From an uncultured delta proteobacterium (lineage in GTDB: Bacteria > Desulfobacterota > Binatia > Binatales > Binataceae): a DNA stretch of 64,000 nt. Below the pieces are notes generated by a model. It was given only the letters and a program-made list of their open reading frames with translations. It made no database searches and was not told the DNA's origin. The translations under genes were made by a program, and so were the position numbers. Positions 21,267 through 31,608 of the stretch are shown piece by piece. The stretch lies in assembly GCA_963711565.1 (NCBI GenBank), contig CAVQEQ010000001.1:1216001-1280000 (forward strand), in the 5' to 3' direction. Position 1 is the stretch's first letter; each line of letters begins with the position of its first letter.

Positions 21267-22660
21267 CGTCCGAATTCGAGTTCCCTCGTTCGTGTATCCT
21301 CGTTTCGAGCCGCTCTCCGCTGAGTAGCGAATTTGGGAGGTACAGGAAGCTTCTTGAGAGTATGACTCTGCAACCTAAGAAACCCGTTGGCGACTCGTTG
21401 GCAGTGGGATGGTAGCCATTCCGCGACGAATCTGGAATTCAGATAGTCACACAGGTCTTCAATGACCGCCGAGTCTCTCGGCACGATGTAATAGACGGAA
21501 TGTCGGGGGACGAGCTTGCCTTTCTGATCGATCCAAAACTTGGGCCGTTCGGTGATGTCCTTGCAAAGGATCTTAGGGCGCAGTATATCGTTGAGCGGCG
21601 GAGTCTCATGGAACGCGTACCAAGGTTTTCGTCGAACGCACGTTCGTTGGATCAGCTGGGAACGGATAGCGGGTTGCGAAAGATAATCTTTGAGTTTTCC
21701 AAGCCTATCTTCAGAAATCAGAGTTCCATCGAGATCGTATGGAACCAGGATTAGCTTGCGCGAGTCCAGGTCATCGTTGAAATCCCCCATTTCGCGCCCC
21801 GCGATGGTCGGATAAGCAAATCGTCGTAGGTTCGCGGGAAGAGCATCTGCAACTCTGACGAAAACGTCATCTGCTCCGGTGGCAACGCCGCAGCTGATGC
21901 GCAGACAGACCTCTTCCAACGTGAGACCGGAGGAAATGCCGTTGTGGCCCATTATGAGGGGCAGCCACGAGGAACCGTCCACCGGCGGAACTATTTCGAC
22001 TTCAGAGCCGTCGCGCAAGATCGCTAGCGTGGAACTTGGCCGGCTCACTTCGTTCGAGATCGTCGTGATTGTTGGATAGGTGACCAGTTCCGCGAAAGTC
22101 GCTTCGTTTATCAACCGGATTTCTTCAACATTCTTGCGCGCGAGAATCCTTCTAAGGGCCTGCGCAGTCTCAACGTAAAGAAATTTCTCGGGAGTTATGA
22201 ACACCAAGCGACCGGCAGGATTCAAAAGCTTCAACGCTTGCTCGAAGAACAACAGATAGAGATCGAATCTTCCGGTCGCCGTTTCGAACCGTTCCCGGTA
22301 GCGCTGCTTTTCGCGCTCGGACAGCTCCGTAATCGGAACATACGGCGGATTCCCTACAATGAAATCGTATGTTCCCCGCTGGTCGTCCGTCAGGAAGTCC
22401 GAGCCCCTGATTTCAACCGATGCGCACTTCCCGAATCGCGCCCGTGCGATCTCTGCATGCTTTGGATTTGACTCTATTCCGACAATTCGAGGAACACTCG
22501 CCCGGTGTTTTGCGCACCAACGAACGATCCCATCGATAAACTCGCCGCGGCCGCAACCGGGATCCAGAACCAGCGCGTTCGATGTGGGGCGGTGGTTCAA
22601 AAAGAGACGGTCAACCATCAGGTCTACCGTCTCGCTTGGCGTTGGAACGAAACCCTTCAC
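21263..22660 (-). CDS. N6-adenine DNA methyltransferase, gamma class (TaqI/Eco57I-like)
   Basis: Motif X (FVPTP), motif I (VLDPGCGRGEF), motif IV (VGNPPY), DLYLLF; C-terminal TRD. Confidence 0.92.
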   Translation of the reverse strand: MKGFVPTPSETVDLMVDRLFLNHRPTSNALVLDPGCGRGEFIDGIVRWCAKHRASVPRIVGIESNPKHAEIARARFGKCASVEIRGSDFLTDDQRGTYDFIVGNPPYVPITELSEREKQRYRERFETATGRFDLYLLFFEQALKLLNPAGRLVFITPEKFLYVETAQALRRILARKNVEEIRLINEATFAELVTYPTITTISNEVSRPSSTLAILRDGSEVEIVPPVDGSSWLPLIMGHNGISSGLTLEEVCLRISCGVATGADDVFVRVADALPANLRRFAYPTIAGREMGDFNDDLDSRKLILVPYDLDGTLISEDRLGKLKDYLSQPAIRSQLIQRTCVRRKPWYAFHETPPLNDILRPKILCKDITERPKFWIDQKGKLVPRHSVYYIVPRDSAVIEDLCDYLNSRFVAEWLPSHCQRVANGFLRLQSHTLKKLPVPPKFATQRRAARNEDTRTRELEFGR

Positions 22661-22804
22661 CCACCCTCCCGGCTAGCACCGCCTAGGCCAACTTCATTTA
22701 TGCTCGCTGCGAAGGCAGGGTGCAAATGTTCACGGTCTCGAGAGATTGACCTCAAGCGGTTATCATGTGCGCGGAACCCTTCTATCCTGTCGGGAGAGAA
22801 AACA

Positions 22805-23050
22805 TTGAACGAATTTATTTGCCCGTATTGCGGAGAGCCCGAGATCGCCGAATTGTTATGGTGCGTTGTACTCCTTCCGGTTGCGCGCTGGTCGGATGAG
22901 GGCAGAGCGGTAGACTACCGGGAACCTGAGGTCGATTTGGAGTCCGAATTGCCTTACGAATCAATCGATGAATCAGTGTCCGGGGACAGGCCGGTCTACG
23001 AATGCCGCAATTGCGCAAAGCAATTCCGTAAACCGAGCCGCGCAGACTAG
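22805..23050 (+). CDS. Small zinc-binding protein
   Basis: TTG start after GGAGAG; CPYC...CRNC. Confidence 0.55.
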   Translation: MNEFICPYCGEPEIAELLWCVVLLPVARWSDEGRAVDYREPEVDLESELPYESIDESVSGDRPVYECRNCAKQFRKPSRAD

Positions 23051-23197
23051 CTCGGTTCGATCTTCAGACGAGCAATCGTATGTTATGCAGAATCCAAAGC
23101 GGAACCGGGATTCTTCACTACACCAACTTTCGCTCTGAATGACACAGGAAAAAGAACCTGAGAGCAAAAGGGCGTCCTCGCCATTTTGCGATTAGTA

Positions 23198-23257
23198 CTG
23201 GGTGCAGGGGTCACCCCTGCCGAAGGAAGTGTGAAACCCACCGCGGGGTTTCACATT
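23198..23257. repeat. GGGTGCAGGGGTCACCCCTGCC double-hairpin module
   Basis: Close match to 11111-11173; also forms the 3' part of the 18190 and 19796 repeats. Confidence 0.8.
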
Positions 23258-23297
23258 CAATAAAGTGACTTACGTCTCCCCCAAGGCTCATCGCTCG

Positions 23298-23330
23298 TTG
23301 ACTCGTTTCTCGAACCTAACGTATGTTAGG
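23298..23330 (+). promoter_or_regulatory. Promoter with overlapping inverted-repeat operator
   Basis: TTGACT-18 bp-TATGTT; CCTAAC-GTAT-GTTAGG at 23315-23330; ATG at 23334. Confidence 0.55.
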
Positions 23331-23333
23331 CGC

Positions 23334-24413
23334 ATGCCTCATGAATCTCGACTCAACTTCTCCACCGACGAAATTCTCGCCAATGTTGATACTCGCGAGC
23401 CGCTTATCGTTAAGGGCGTCAAGTGTCATGGCGGGTTTGATGCGGACGGGCATTACCGGTCGCCGCGGACTGCGTTTCGCGTGCCCGCGATCAAGGCATG
23501 GCAGGAGCAGCATGTTGCTACTTCGGGCACTGCGCTGTTCGAGATTCCCGCCGATACCGTCTCGCCGCAGATGCCCAACGTCGCGCAGGTGAAATTTCTG
23601 CTCAAGTCGGGTGTGCGCGAGCCGTTCGTGCGATGGCTGTCCGAGATCGCGATCGTCGAGGGCTTCGGCGCGATGATTCGTGAGCTGCCGGTGCCTCCAC
23701 TCAACACATTCATCCGCGAGGACACTGCCGGCACCGCGCTGGCTCATCTCACGAGCGGGCTGTTCGAGGCGCATGCGCGCGACGAGGCGGGATGGAGCGA
23801 AGAGGGCGGGCATCGCCAGATGTGGGACGCGGCGCGCGACGCGGCGCTGTCCAATCCCGCAATCTCGCCGGAGATTTACGCCAACATCATGGCGCGGCGC
23901 GGCGGCCAGCCGGCCGCGATGTTCCCCGAGCTTGGCGAGCCGGTCGAGCGCTTGATTCGCTTCATGGCCAACGTGCTCGCGATCGAGGTCTTTGCCGCAT
24001 CGACGTTCGCGTGGGCCGAAGAGATTCTGTCAGACCCCGAAGTGTCCGACGCGCCCGACGACGCCGCCAACCTCGTGCGCTTCATCCGTTCCGACGAGGC
24101 GCCGCACGTCCAGTACCTGCGCACGGCGCTCTCCGAAATCCAGGCGCGCACGCTGCTCACGCTCGACGGCAAGCCCATCTCGGGCCGCAAGGTGGTGAAC
24201 GATCTGGCGGATCGCGGGGTTCGCGCGATGGTTCGTCAGCGGTTGAACGAGCGCCCGGGCATGGTGCGCGATCTGATCCGCAGAACGGCCAACGTCAAGG
24301 ACATCGACGCTTTGATGATGGAGTTTGACGCGCTCGGGACGCCGTGGACGCCGCCCGCGCGCTACGCGGACCTGGCGCCGGCGCCGAGCGCCGCCGCGCC
24401 CGTCGGCTACTGA
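23334..24413 (+). CDS. Ferritin-like (diiron) fold protein of unknown function
   Basis: IVEGFG...HARDEAG..GH and IEVFA...IRSDEAPH helix pairs. Confidence 0.7.
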   Translation: MPHESRLNFSTDEILANVDTREPLIVKGVKCHGGFDADGHYRSPRTAFRVPAIKAWQEQHVATSGTALFEIPADTVSPQMPNVAQVKFLLKSGVREPFVRWLSEIAIVEGFGAMIRELPVPPLNTFIREDTAGTALAHLTSGLFEAHARDEAGWSEEGGHRQMWDAARDAALSNPAISPEIYANIMARRGGQPAAMFPELGEPVERLIRFMANVLAIEVFAASTFAWAEEILSDPEVSDAPDDAANLVRFIRSDEAPHVQYLRTALSEIQARTLLTLDGKPISGRKVVNDLADRGVRAMVRQRLNERPGMVRDLIRRTANVKDIDALMMEFDALGTPWTPPARYADLAPAPSAAAPVGY

Positions 24414-24436
24414 GTCCAAGTTCTCTCTCTCCTTCC

Positions 24437-24594
24437 TATTCCCTCCCCCGCTCGTTGGGGGAGGGTTAGGGTGGAGGACAACTGTGGGGCGCGATTGTCT
24501 CTTGCGCCGCACATTCTGAATCCGGAAAATTCGGTCCCTCACCCGCCGCTCTAAGACGAGCGGCGGCCTCCCCCCACGAATGGGGGAGGCGAAG
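24437..24594 (-). repeat. Composite palindromic repeat, partial inverted copy 3
   Basis: Reverse complement matches the 5' ~160 bp of 18190-18432. Confidence 0.8.
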
Positions 24595-24670
24595 AAGTAG
24601 GACAATCGAACTATCGTGGGGCCGATGGTAAGGTTTTTCTTTGGCTCGCGTGCCGGAGCCGGACCTATCG

Positions 24671-26809
24671 CGATGCATTCCCACCGCAAAACCCTGATTC
24701 CATCGGGCATCATGCGCCTCTGCGTCGCAGGCGCGTTTGCGATTGCGATAGCAATCGCGATTGCGCCCGCGTTTGCGCAGGATACATCGGTGGCGCCGTC
24801 CGCGCCGCAGCCGGCGGCTGAGGCGAGGCCTGTGGCTGCGGCGAGTCCCGCGGCTGCGAACGCGGCGGCGTCGCCGACGCCGCCTGATGCGCACATGGTC
24901 ACGTCGTACCTGAGCGACGTTATCAACTGGTACGGGCATCTCGGTGTCGAAGCGCAGCTCGTGAGCGATCCCGACGAAACCCTTTTTTTTGCCGATGACC
25001 GCCAGACGGCGGGCGAGGTTCTGAAGTTGGCTTTCGAGTATGCGCGCGCGCAGGCGGCGTACCTCGCCAAGGCCAATCCGAGCCTTGGCGCCGCGACTCC
25101 GACTGTATCCGCTGCGGCATCCAATGCCGCCGGTTTGGGCAATGTGACCCACTCCCTGCAGACGCTCGACGCCGCGGCGAACAAGCTCCGCGCTCGCATC
25201 AGCGCGTTGCAGGCGCAGCTCGCCAAAGCGCCGGCGGCCAGGCGGACTGCGCTCGCGTCTGAAATTCAGGACGCGCAAAGTGAACTCGACCTCAACCAGG
25301 CGCGCGTCGATGCGCTCAATGCGCTCGCGCAATACGAAAGCGGCAATGCGGCGCCGGATCAGAACGGCGGACTGATTGGCCAGATAGACGAGCTCGAGCA
25401 TTCGACCTCCAATAGCAGCAAAAAAACGCAAGCGCCTGGCCGAGACCGTCCTGGGGGCGAGCGCCGAGCCGACCGGGATTTTAGGTCTCGTCACCGATCT
25501 GTTCGCGCTCAGCAACAAGCTTGACTCGCTGGAGCAGAACCGCGCGCTCGCGCAGGCGTTATCCGTGCGCGCATCGGACGTGCGCAAATCGGTCCTTGCG
25601 GTGATCACCGATCTCAACGCGCGCGGCGACGCGCTGGCAGCGGGGGCCGACGCCACCGATATCGCCGCACTCAAAGACCGCAAGCACGCGTTCGAGAACC
25701 TGCTTGACGAGCACAAGCTGTTGAGCGCCGCTGCGCTGCCGCTCAGCAAGCAGATCGTGCTGCTGCGGATTTACACCAACAACGTCGGCCGCTGGCGCGA
25801 CGCGATCGTGCAGCGCCGGAACAAGGAATTCCGCAGACTCCTGATCCGCCTGATCGTGCTCGCCGCCTCATTGCTGCTCATCTTCGCCGGTTCGCTGGTG
25901 TGGCGATGGCTGACCAATCGCTACGTCAAGGACATCCGCCGCCGCGGGCAGGCGATGGCGGCGCGGCGTCTGGTGCTCGGACTTCTCGTCGTGATCGTTG
26001 TATTGCTGAATTTCTCCGACGAGCTGGGGTCCGCCGCCACCATCGTGGGATTCGCGGCCGCCGGTATTGCAGTCGCGCTGCAAAATGTGATCCTGTCGAT
26101 CGCCGGCTACTTCTTTTTGATCGGGCGCTTCGGGATCAAGGCCGGCGACCGCGTGCAAATCGGCGGCGTGACCGGCGACGTTATCGATATCGGGCTGGTG
26201 AAACTCTCGCTGATGGAACTGGGCGGGACAGGGACGCATCGCGAGCCCACCGGGCGCGTCGCGGTGTTCTCCAACGCGATCGTGTTTCAGCCGTCGGGCA
26301 ACTTCTTCAAGCAGGCGCCCGGCACCAGCTTCGTGTGGAACGAAGTGCGGCTGACGCTCGCGCCCGATGTTGACTATCGGCTGGCGGAGAAGCGGTTGAT
26401 CGACGCCGTTGACGAAGTATTCGCGCGCTATCGCGACCGCGTGATGCGCGACTACCGGCATCTCGAGCGCGACCTCAACGTCATGCTCGAAACGCCGAAG
26501 CCGCAAAGCCGGCTGCATCTCAGCCAGTCGGGGCTGGAAATAGTCATTCGGTACCCGGCTGAGACTTACAGTGCGCCGCAAATCACCGACGAAATTTCGC
26601 GCCGCGTGCTGGACGCGATCAACCGCGAGCCGAGCCTGCGCATGGCGCCGCAGGCCACCGCCAACATCCAGGCGCAAGTACCGCCGCCGGCAGGCGCCGA
26701 AGATGGCGCCGAGCAGCCCGCCGACACCAATGGGCAAGCGGCGGACGACAAGCAGGTCGCCAGCGAGGGAGCGGAACAGTCCGTCGGCACCGCGCGAGCG
26801 AATAAATAG
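24671..26809 (+). pseudogene. MscS-family mechanosensitive channel with periplasmic coiled coil, split by a single frameshift
   Basis: ORFs 24616-25524 and 25565-26809 join if one A is removed from the A7 run at 25420-25426; IAVALQNVILSIAGYF...GDRVQIGGVTGDVIDIGL. Confidence 0.8.
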
Positions 26810-26876
26810 ATTCTCGGAGAGCGCTTTTGCGCGCGATTCAAGATTCTGCTTCTGTCCGCGTTGTGCTGAGGCGAGG

Positions 26877-26919
26877 AACCTAACCCCTTACCCCTTCCCC
26901 TGGTGGAAGGGGAACCGGA
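26877..26919. repeat. BoxC-like hairpin repeat variant
   Basis: AACCTAACCCCTTACCCCTTCC-CCTGGT-GGAAGGGGAACCGGA between convergent genes. Confidence 0.8.
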
Positions 26920-26925
26920 TTCCGG

Positions 26926-27294
26926 CTACGCGGCGGGAGTGCCTGCGATGCTGTCGACGATGTCGGCCAGCTCGGGAATCCGGTAACGCTCGCCGTTGTA
27001 TGCCTTGTACATCAGGACAACCCAGAACACCGCGAGCGCGATGTCGATCAACGTCAGGATAAAATTAAGCAGCGCTCCCAATCCATGGGGCAGCACCGCG
27101 ATAAATACGCCGAACACGACGGCAATCGCGAACCACACAATTGAAAAGCCGATCGACTGACGCGCGTGGAAGCGGATGAACTCGTCCTGGTTGTACGGTT
27201 CGAGATAAAGAAAAATCAGGCCGGTGACGAAGCCCAGCAGGTAAGTCAGCGCCGCAATGATGTTGGCTTGCGGGGTTCGGCGGTCACCGTCCAT
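26926..27294 (-). CDS. DUF4870-like membrane protein
   Basis: NIIAALTYLLGFVTGLIFL...FIRFHARQS...KAYNGERYRIP. Confidence 0.8.
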   Translation of the reverse strand: MDGDRRTPQANIIAALTYLLGFVTGLIFLYLEPYNQDEFIRFHARQSIGFSIVWFAIAVVFGVFIAVLPHGLGALLNFILTLIDIALAVFWVVLMYKAYNGERYRIPELADIVDSIAGTPAA

Positions 27295-27452
27295 CGCGAA
27301 TTCCTCCTCTCATCTCGAACGACAATCACGGAACTCAGATCAATCCGGCACTCGTACCCGGGCCACTAATTTGTAGTCGAAGGTATCGGGGGATCGCAAT
27401 GCGATCCCGTGCAGCGCGCGCACTGCGGCAGGCAGGACTCACGAGCGCGCGA

Positions 27453-27908
27453 CTATTGTTGTTGCGATCGTTTCCTCGCCGCGTCAAGACGATCCATCGC
27501 CGCGGTCGCATTGCGCGAGGTCTCGACCACCTCGAGCTGGGCCCGAACGCGGCTGGCGAGCTGACGCCGGAATACCGGCTTGGCGAGAAAGTCGCTAACT
27601 CCCAGCCGCATCCCCTCCGCCCGCGCATCCAAATCGTCGCGCGCGGTGATCATGATGATTGGGATTTCGGCGGTCATGGGATCGTCCTTGAGCGCCCTCA
27701 CGACCTGGAAGCCGTCCATCCCGGGCATCATCAGGTCGAGCAGAATCACATCGACTTCGTTTTCGTGAACCAATTTGAGACACAATGCTCCGGAGTTGGC
27801 CTCTATCGGGACAAAGCCTTCGCGCTGCAAATGGCGGGCGAGGATCGCGACGGTGTCCTGATCGTCGTCAACCACCATTATTTGTGGCGGTCTGATTGCT
27901 TCATCCAT
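27453..27908 (-). CDS. Stand-alone response regulator receiver
   Basis: VVDDD, LLDLMMPGMDG, MITA, KP. Confidence 0.93.
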   Translation of the reverse strand: MDEAIRPPQIMVVDDDQDTVAILARHLQREGFVPIEANSGALCLKLVHENEVDVILLDLMMPGMDGFQVVRALKDDPMTAEIPIIMITARDDLDARAEGMRLGVSDFLAKPVFRRQLASRVRAQLEVVETSRNATAAMDRLDAARKRSQQQ

Positions 27909-27925
27909 ACAATTCCCTGGCCCGG

Positions 27926-28945
<1,020 letters not shown>

Positions 28946-29107
28946 TTTCGATTGCTGCCCCACTCGTGAGTCCGCCCGTAACCCGCGTCGGTGTACCGCC
29001 GAGTTACGTCGGGATCGTCTCACGATGCGCACGCAGTTGACAGGACGATGACTACCAGTGAACAGATTAGACTAAGCAAACTCGCGTAATTGTTACGCGA
29101 AGAACGA

Positions 29108-29614
29108 TCAGGCGCCGTCCGTCGAATTGCGGTAATGCGCCGACTGTCCCGGTCCCTCGGCCACCGAGATTTCCATCATCGTCACTTCCGTCAGTGCACC
29201 GCGCGCCCGCAGCGCCGCGGCCAACTCGTCCCAGATGTAGCGCGCCAGTTCTTCCGCCGAGCTATGCACGATAGGCACGATACATACGTCGGCGGCCGGC
29301 AAGACGAACTCGTCGCTTTCGTAGCGGATTCGCACGACACCATTCGTCGGTCCGTCGATCGCAAGGCAATCGCTGTTTGCCGGAACGATCGTGCGCTCGT
29401 CGAGCCGATCGACGATCTCCCTGGTGAGTTTTTTGATCAATCCGAAATCGATCACGTAGCCGGTCTTCGCGAGGCGCCCTTCGACGTACACACCAACCTG
29501 GTAGTTGTGGCCATGCAGCGGTTCGCGGAATCCGGGGTAGGCGATAAAATGCGCGGCGGAGAATTTCAGATTCTCTTTCGCGACATGGATTGAAAAATTC
29601 GCGTTCGTTGCCAT
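29108..29614 (-). CDS. queD: 6-pyruvoyltetrahydropterin/6-carboxytetrahydropterin synthase family protein
   Basis: FSAAHF...LHGHNY...IDFG...SSAEELA...VAEGPGQSA. Confidence 0.85.
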   Translation of the reverse strand: MATNANFSIHVAKENLKFSAAHFIAYPGFREPLHGHNYQVGVYVEGRLAKTGYVIDFGLIKKLTREIVDRLDERTIVPANSDCLAIDGPTNGVVRIRYESDEFVLPAADVCIVPIVHSSAEELARYIWDELAAALRARGALTEVTMMEISVAEGPGQSAHYRNSTDGA

Positions 29615-29630
29615 CTACTCGTCCCGGTCG

Positions 29631-30524
29631 CTACTTCATTCGCGCCAATTCCAGCAACGTGTCCAGGTTGGGCGTGCGCCGCGATGAAAACCGCTCGCCG
29701 TACCGCGCCGCGTCGAGCGAGGTCGCCGCGATAAACCGCTCGCGCTCGCAAGCCGCGAGCGACCTGAGATGCTCCGCGAGTTCGCGCGCCCATCCGGCCG
29801 TCTCGTCGAATTGCGGGGCCAGGTCGCCTACGTTCAGTCCATGCAATCCGCCGAGCACGCACTCTGCGTAATATCCTATTTGCCCCGCACGATCGAAGCC
29901 GGGAATTTCGGTTCGCATCGATTCGTCGAGCGACAGCAGCCGGTCCATCTTGTATTGTCGGCGCCGCGAAACGATCGCCGGGTCTCCGCTGCCGTCGAAT
30001 CCCGACCCGATCGCGATTATCGCGATACGGCCGTCGTCGATTTCCACCGGATGGAAAATGTATCCGGGCGACGTGTAGTCGAGCATCGTGCGCAGCGCGA
30101 TCCGGTATGCGAGCAAGTCGCGACTCGCGGCGCCGTCAATCGCCATAAGGAATTCGCCGAGCGATTTGCCCGCACGATCCGCAAGTCCGATCAACCGGGT
30201 GAACGCGTCGGGATCGTATTCCTCGCGCCGCGCGATCAGCGGTGCATATTCGCGATCGAAAGTGAGCAGCAGTCCGCCGATTCCGATCTCACCGGCGGCA
30301 ATCGACGCCGTGATCGACGCCGCGCGATCGACCGGCTCGATATCCATCGCGAGGTAGCTGCCGTGACTGGAAGGCTTGGCCAATCCGCGCCGCGCATTGT
30401 GGATAGAAACCGGGACAGCATCGCGCGCGATCAACCGGCTGACGCCACCGCGCCGCTCAGCCAGCAACCCATAGCCGCTGAGCAACGACCCATATCCGAC
30501 CAGGAGTATCTCGCGATTGAGCAA
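29631..30524 (-). CDS. Hypothetical protein with gamma-glutamylcyclotransferase-like N-terminus
   Basis: LVGYGSLL...RREEY motifs. Confidence 0.55.
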   Translation of the reverse strand: MLNREILLVGYGSLLSGYGLLAERRGGVSRLIARDAVPVSIHNARRGLAKPSSHGSYLAMDIEPVDRAASITASIAAGEIGIGGLLLTFDREYAPLIARREEYDPDAFTRLIGLADRAGKSLGEFLMAIDGAASRDLLAYRIALRTMLDYTSPGYIFHPVEIDDGRIAIIAIGSGFDGSGDPAIVSRRRQYKMDRLLSLDESMRTEIPGFDRAGQIGYYAECVLGGLHGLNVGDLAPQFDETAGWARELAEHLRSLAACERERFIAATSLDAARYGERFSSRRTPNLDTLLELARMK

Positions 30525-30680
30525 AACCGATTCCCTCTTTTGATTCCTTCAACCTGAAGATGACACAAAAGCGGGACGACACAAAAAAGCGAGCGAAGCG
30601 CTACACTTGCACGTCGATCGGTCGTGGGTATTCGCGAACTGGCTCCGCGGGTGTGTGTGATGCATAATCGCGTTCGCTGC

Positions 30681-30772
30681 GGAGAGGTGGCCGAGCCCGG
30701 TTTAAGGCGCACGCCTGGAACGCGTGTAGACTCGAAAGGGTCTCGGGGGTTCGAATCCCCCCCTCTCCGCCA
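30681..30772 (+). tRNA. tRNA-Ser(GGA)
   Basis: GGAGAGG acceptor stem, anticodon stem CACGC-CTGGAAC-GCGTG, long variable arm, GGTTCGAATCC, encoded CCA. Confidence 0.97.
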
Positions 30773-30885
30773 CCCAGTCCGCGATTTTCCTGTTCTCCGC
30801 GGGAAAATCGAAAATGGTCTGCATGTTCGAGCACTTTCTTCCGCCAAAAGGGAACTGGAGAAGCTCAGAATCCACCGTTGTGGCG

Positions 30886-30905
30886 CCGCTCATAGTTGGA
30901 TCTAA
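30886..30905 (+). repeat. Left copy of 20-bp direct repeat
   Basis: CCGCTCATAGTTGGATCTAA versus CCGCTCTTAGTTGGATCTAA at 43908-43927. Confidence 0.8.
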
Positions 30906-31239
30906 ATACCGCAGATGATCGGATCAGCCCTCCGGCCGTGTCAGCCGGACCGATCCTCTGTAGGTCATTAGCACCGCTTACCTTCCGATGTACATAAAAG
31001 AACGGGCCAGCGCATTGAAGCACCAGCCCGCCGCCGACTGGAAAAGGGGGGCAAACCCAGCCAGCGCCCCCCTTCTACCAAATGTTCCGACGAAGCGTCC
31101 ACCGTTTCCCTAAGAGCTTCACTGAGAGTGGCATTCGCACTCGCAAGGCTCCGATGGATGGTGTATCAGGCTCAATGTCTGGGCCGATTCGCAGCTAGAT
31201 CGCAAAGAACGCCATAGGCGATATGCGCCGCCCTGATCC

Positions 31240-31584
31240 TCACTGGCGCGAAAGGACCAGGTACACGTAGCGCTCGGTGCATCCCAGCCGCGCGGCGATC
31301 TCACCGGCGGCGAGCTGCTCGCGGTTTAGTCTCACAATCTGCTCGTTCAGTGGCACCAATCGCTTAGGCAAGGTGACCGAACATTCTCCAAACTCCGCGC
31401 AGACCTTTCGCGCGATCTCAGCGTCACCGATCTTCTCGGCGAATCGCAAGAAGCCTGGCGAGTCAGGGGCTGGCGCGTAAAATCTCCGACCGCCGAATAT
31501 CTCTATCAGGCGGGCAGCGTCAACCTCGCCCAGTCGTTTGATCAGCGCGGCTCGGGAAACAGTACCATCACCATCGATCGACAT
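31240..31584 (-). CDS. Mor/C-family transcription activator
   Basis: LGEVDAARLIEIFGGRRFYAP...VCAEFGECSVTLP...IAARLGCTERYVYLVL; GGAGG RBS. Confidence 0.8.
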   Translation of the reverse strand: MSIDGDGTVSRAALIKRLGEVDAARLIEIFGGRRFYAPAPDSPGFLRFAEKIGDAEIARKVCAEFGECSVTLPKRLVPLNEQIVRLNREQLAAGEIAARLGCTERYVYLVLSRQ

Positions 31585-31608
31585 TCCTTCCTCCTCCCCG
31601 GCCCCTCT

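Noticed and set aside
30431-30905. Short ORFs overlapping the tRNA
   Set aside because: Artefacts of the tRNA-Ser sequence and its flank
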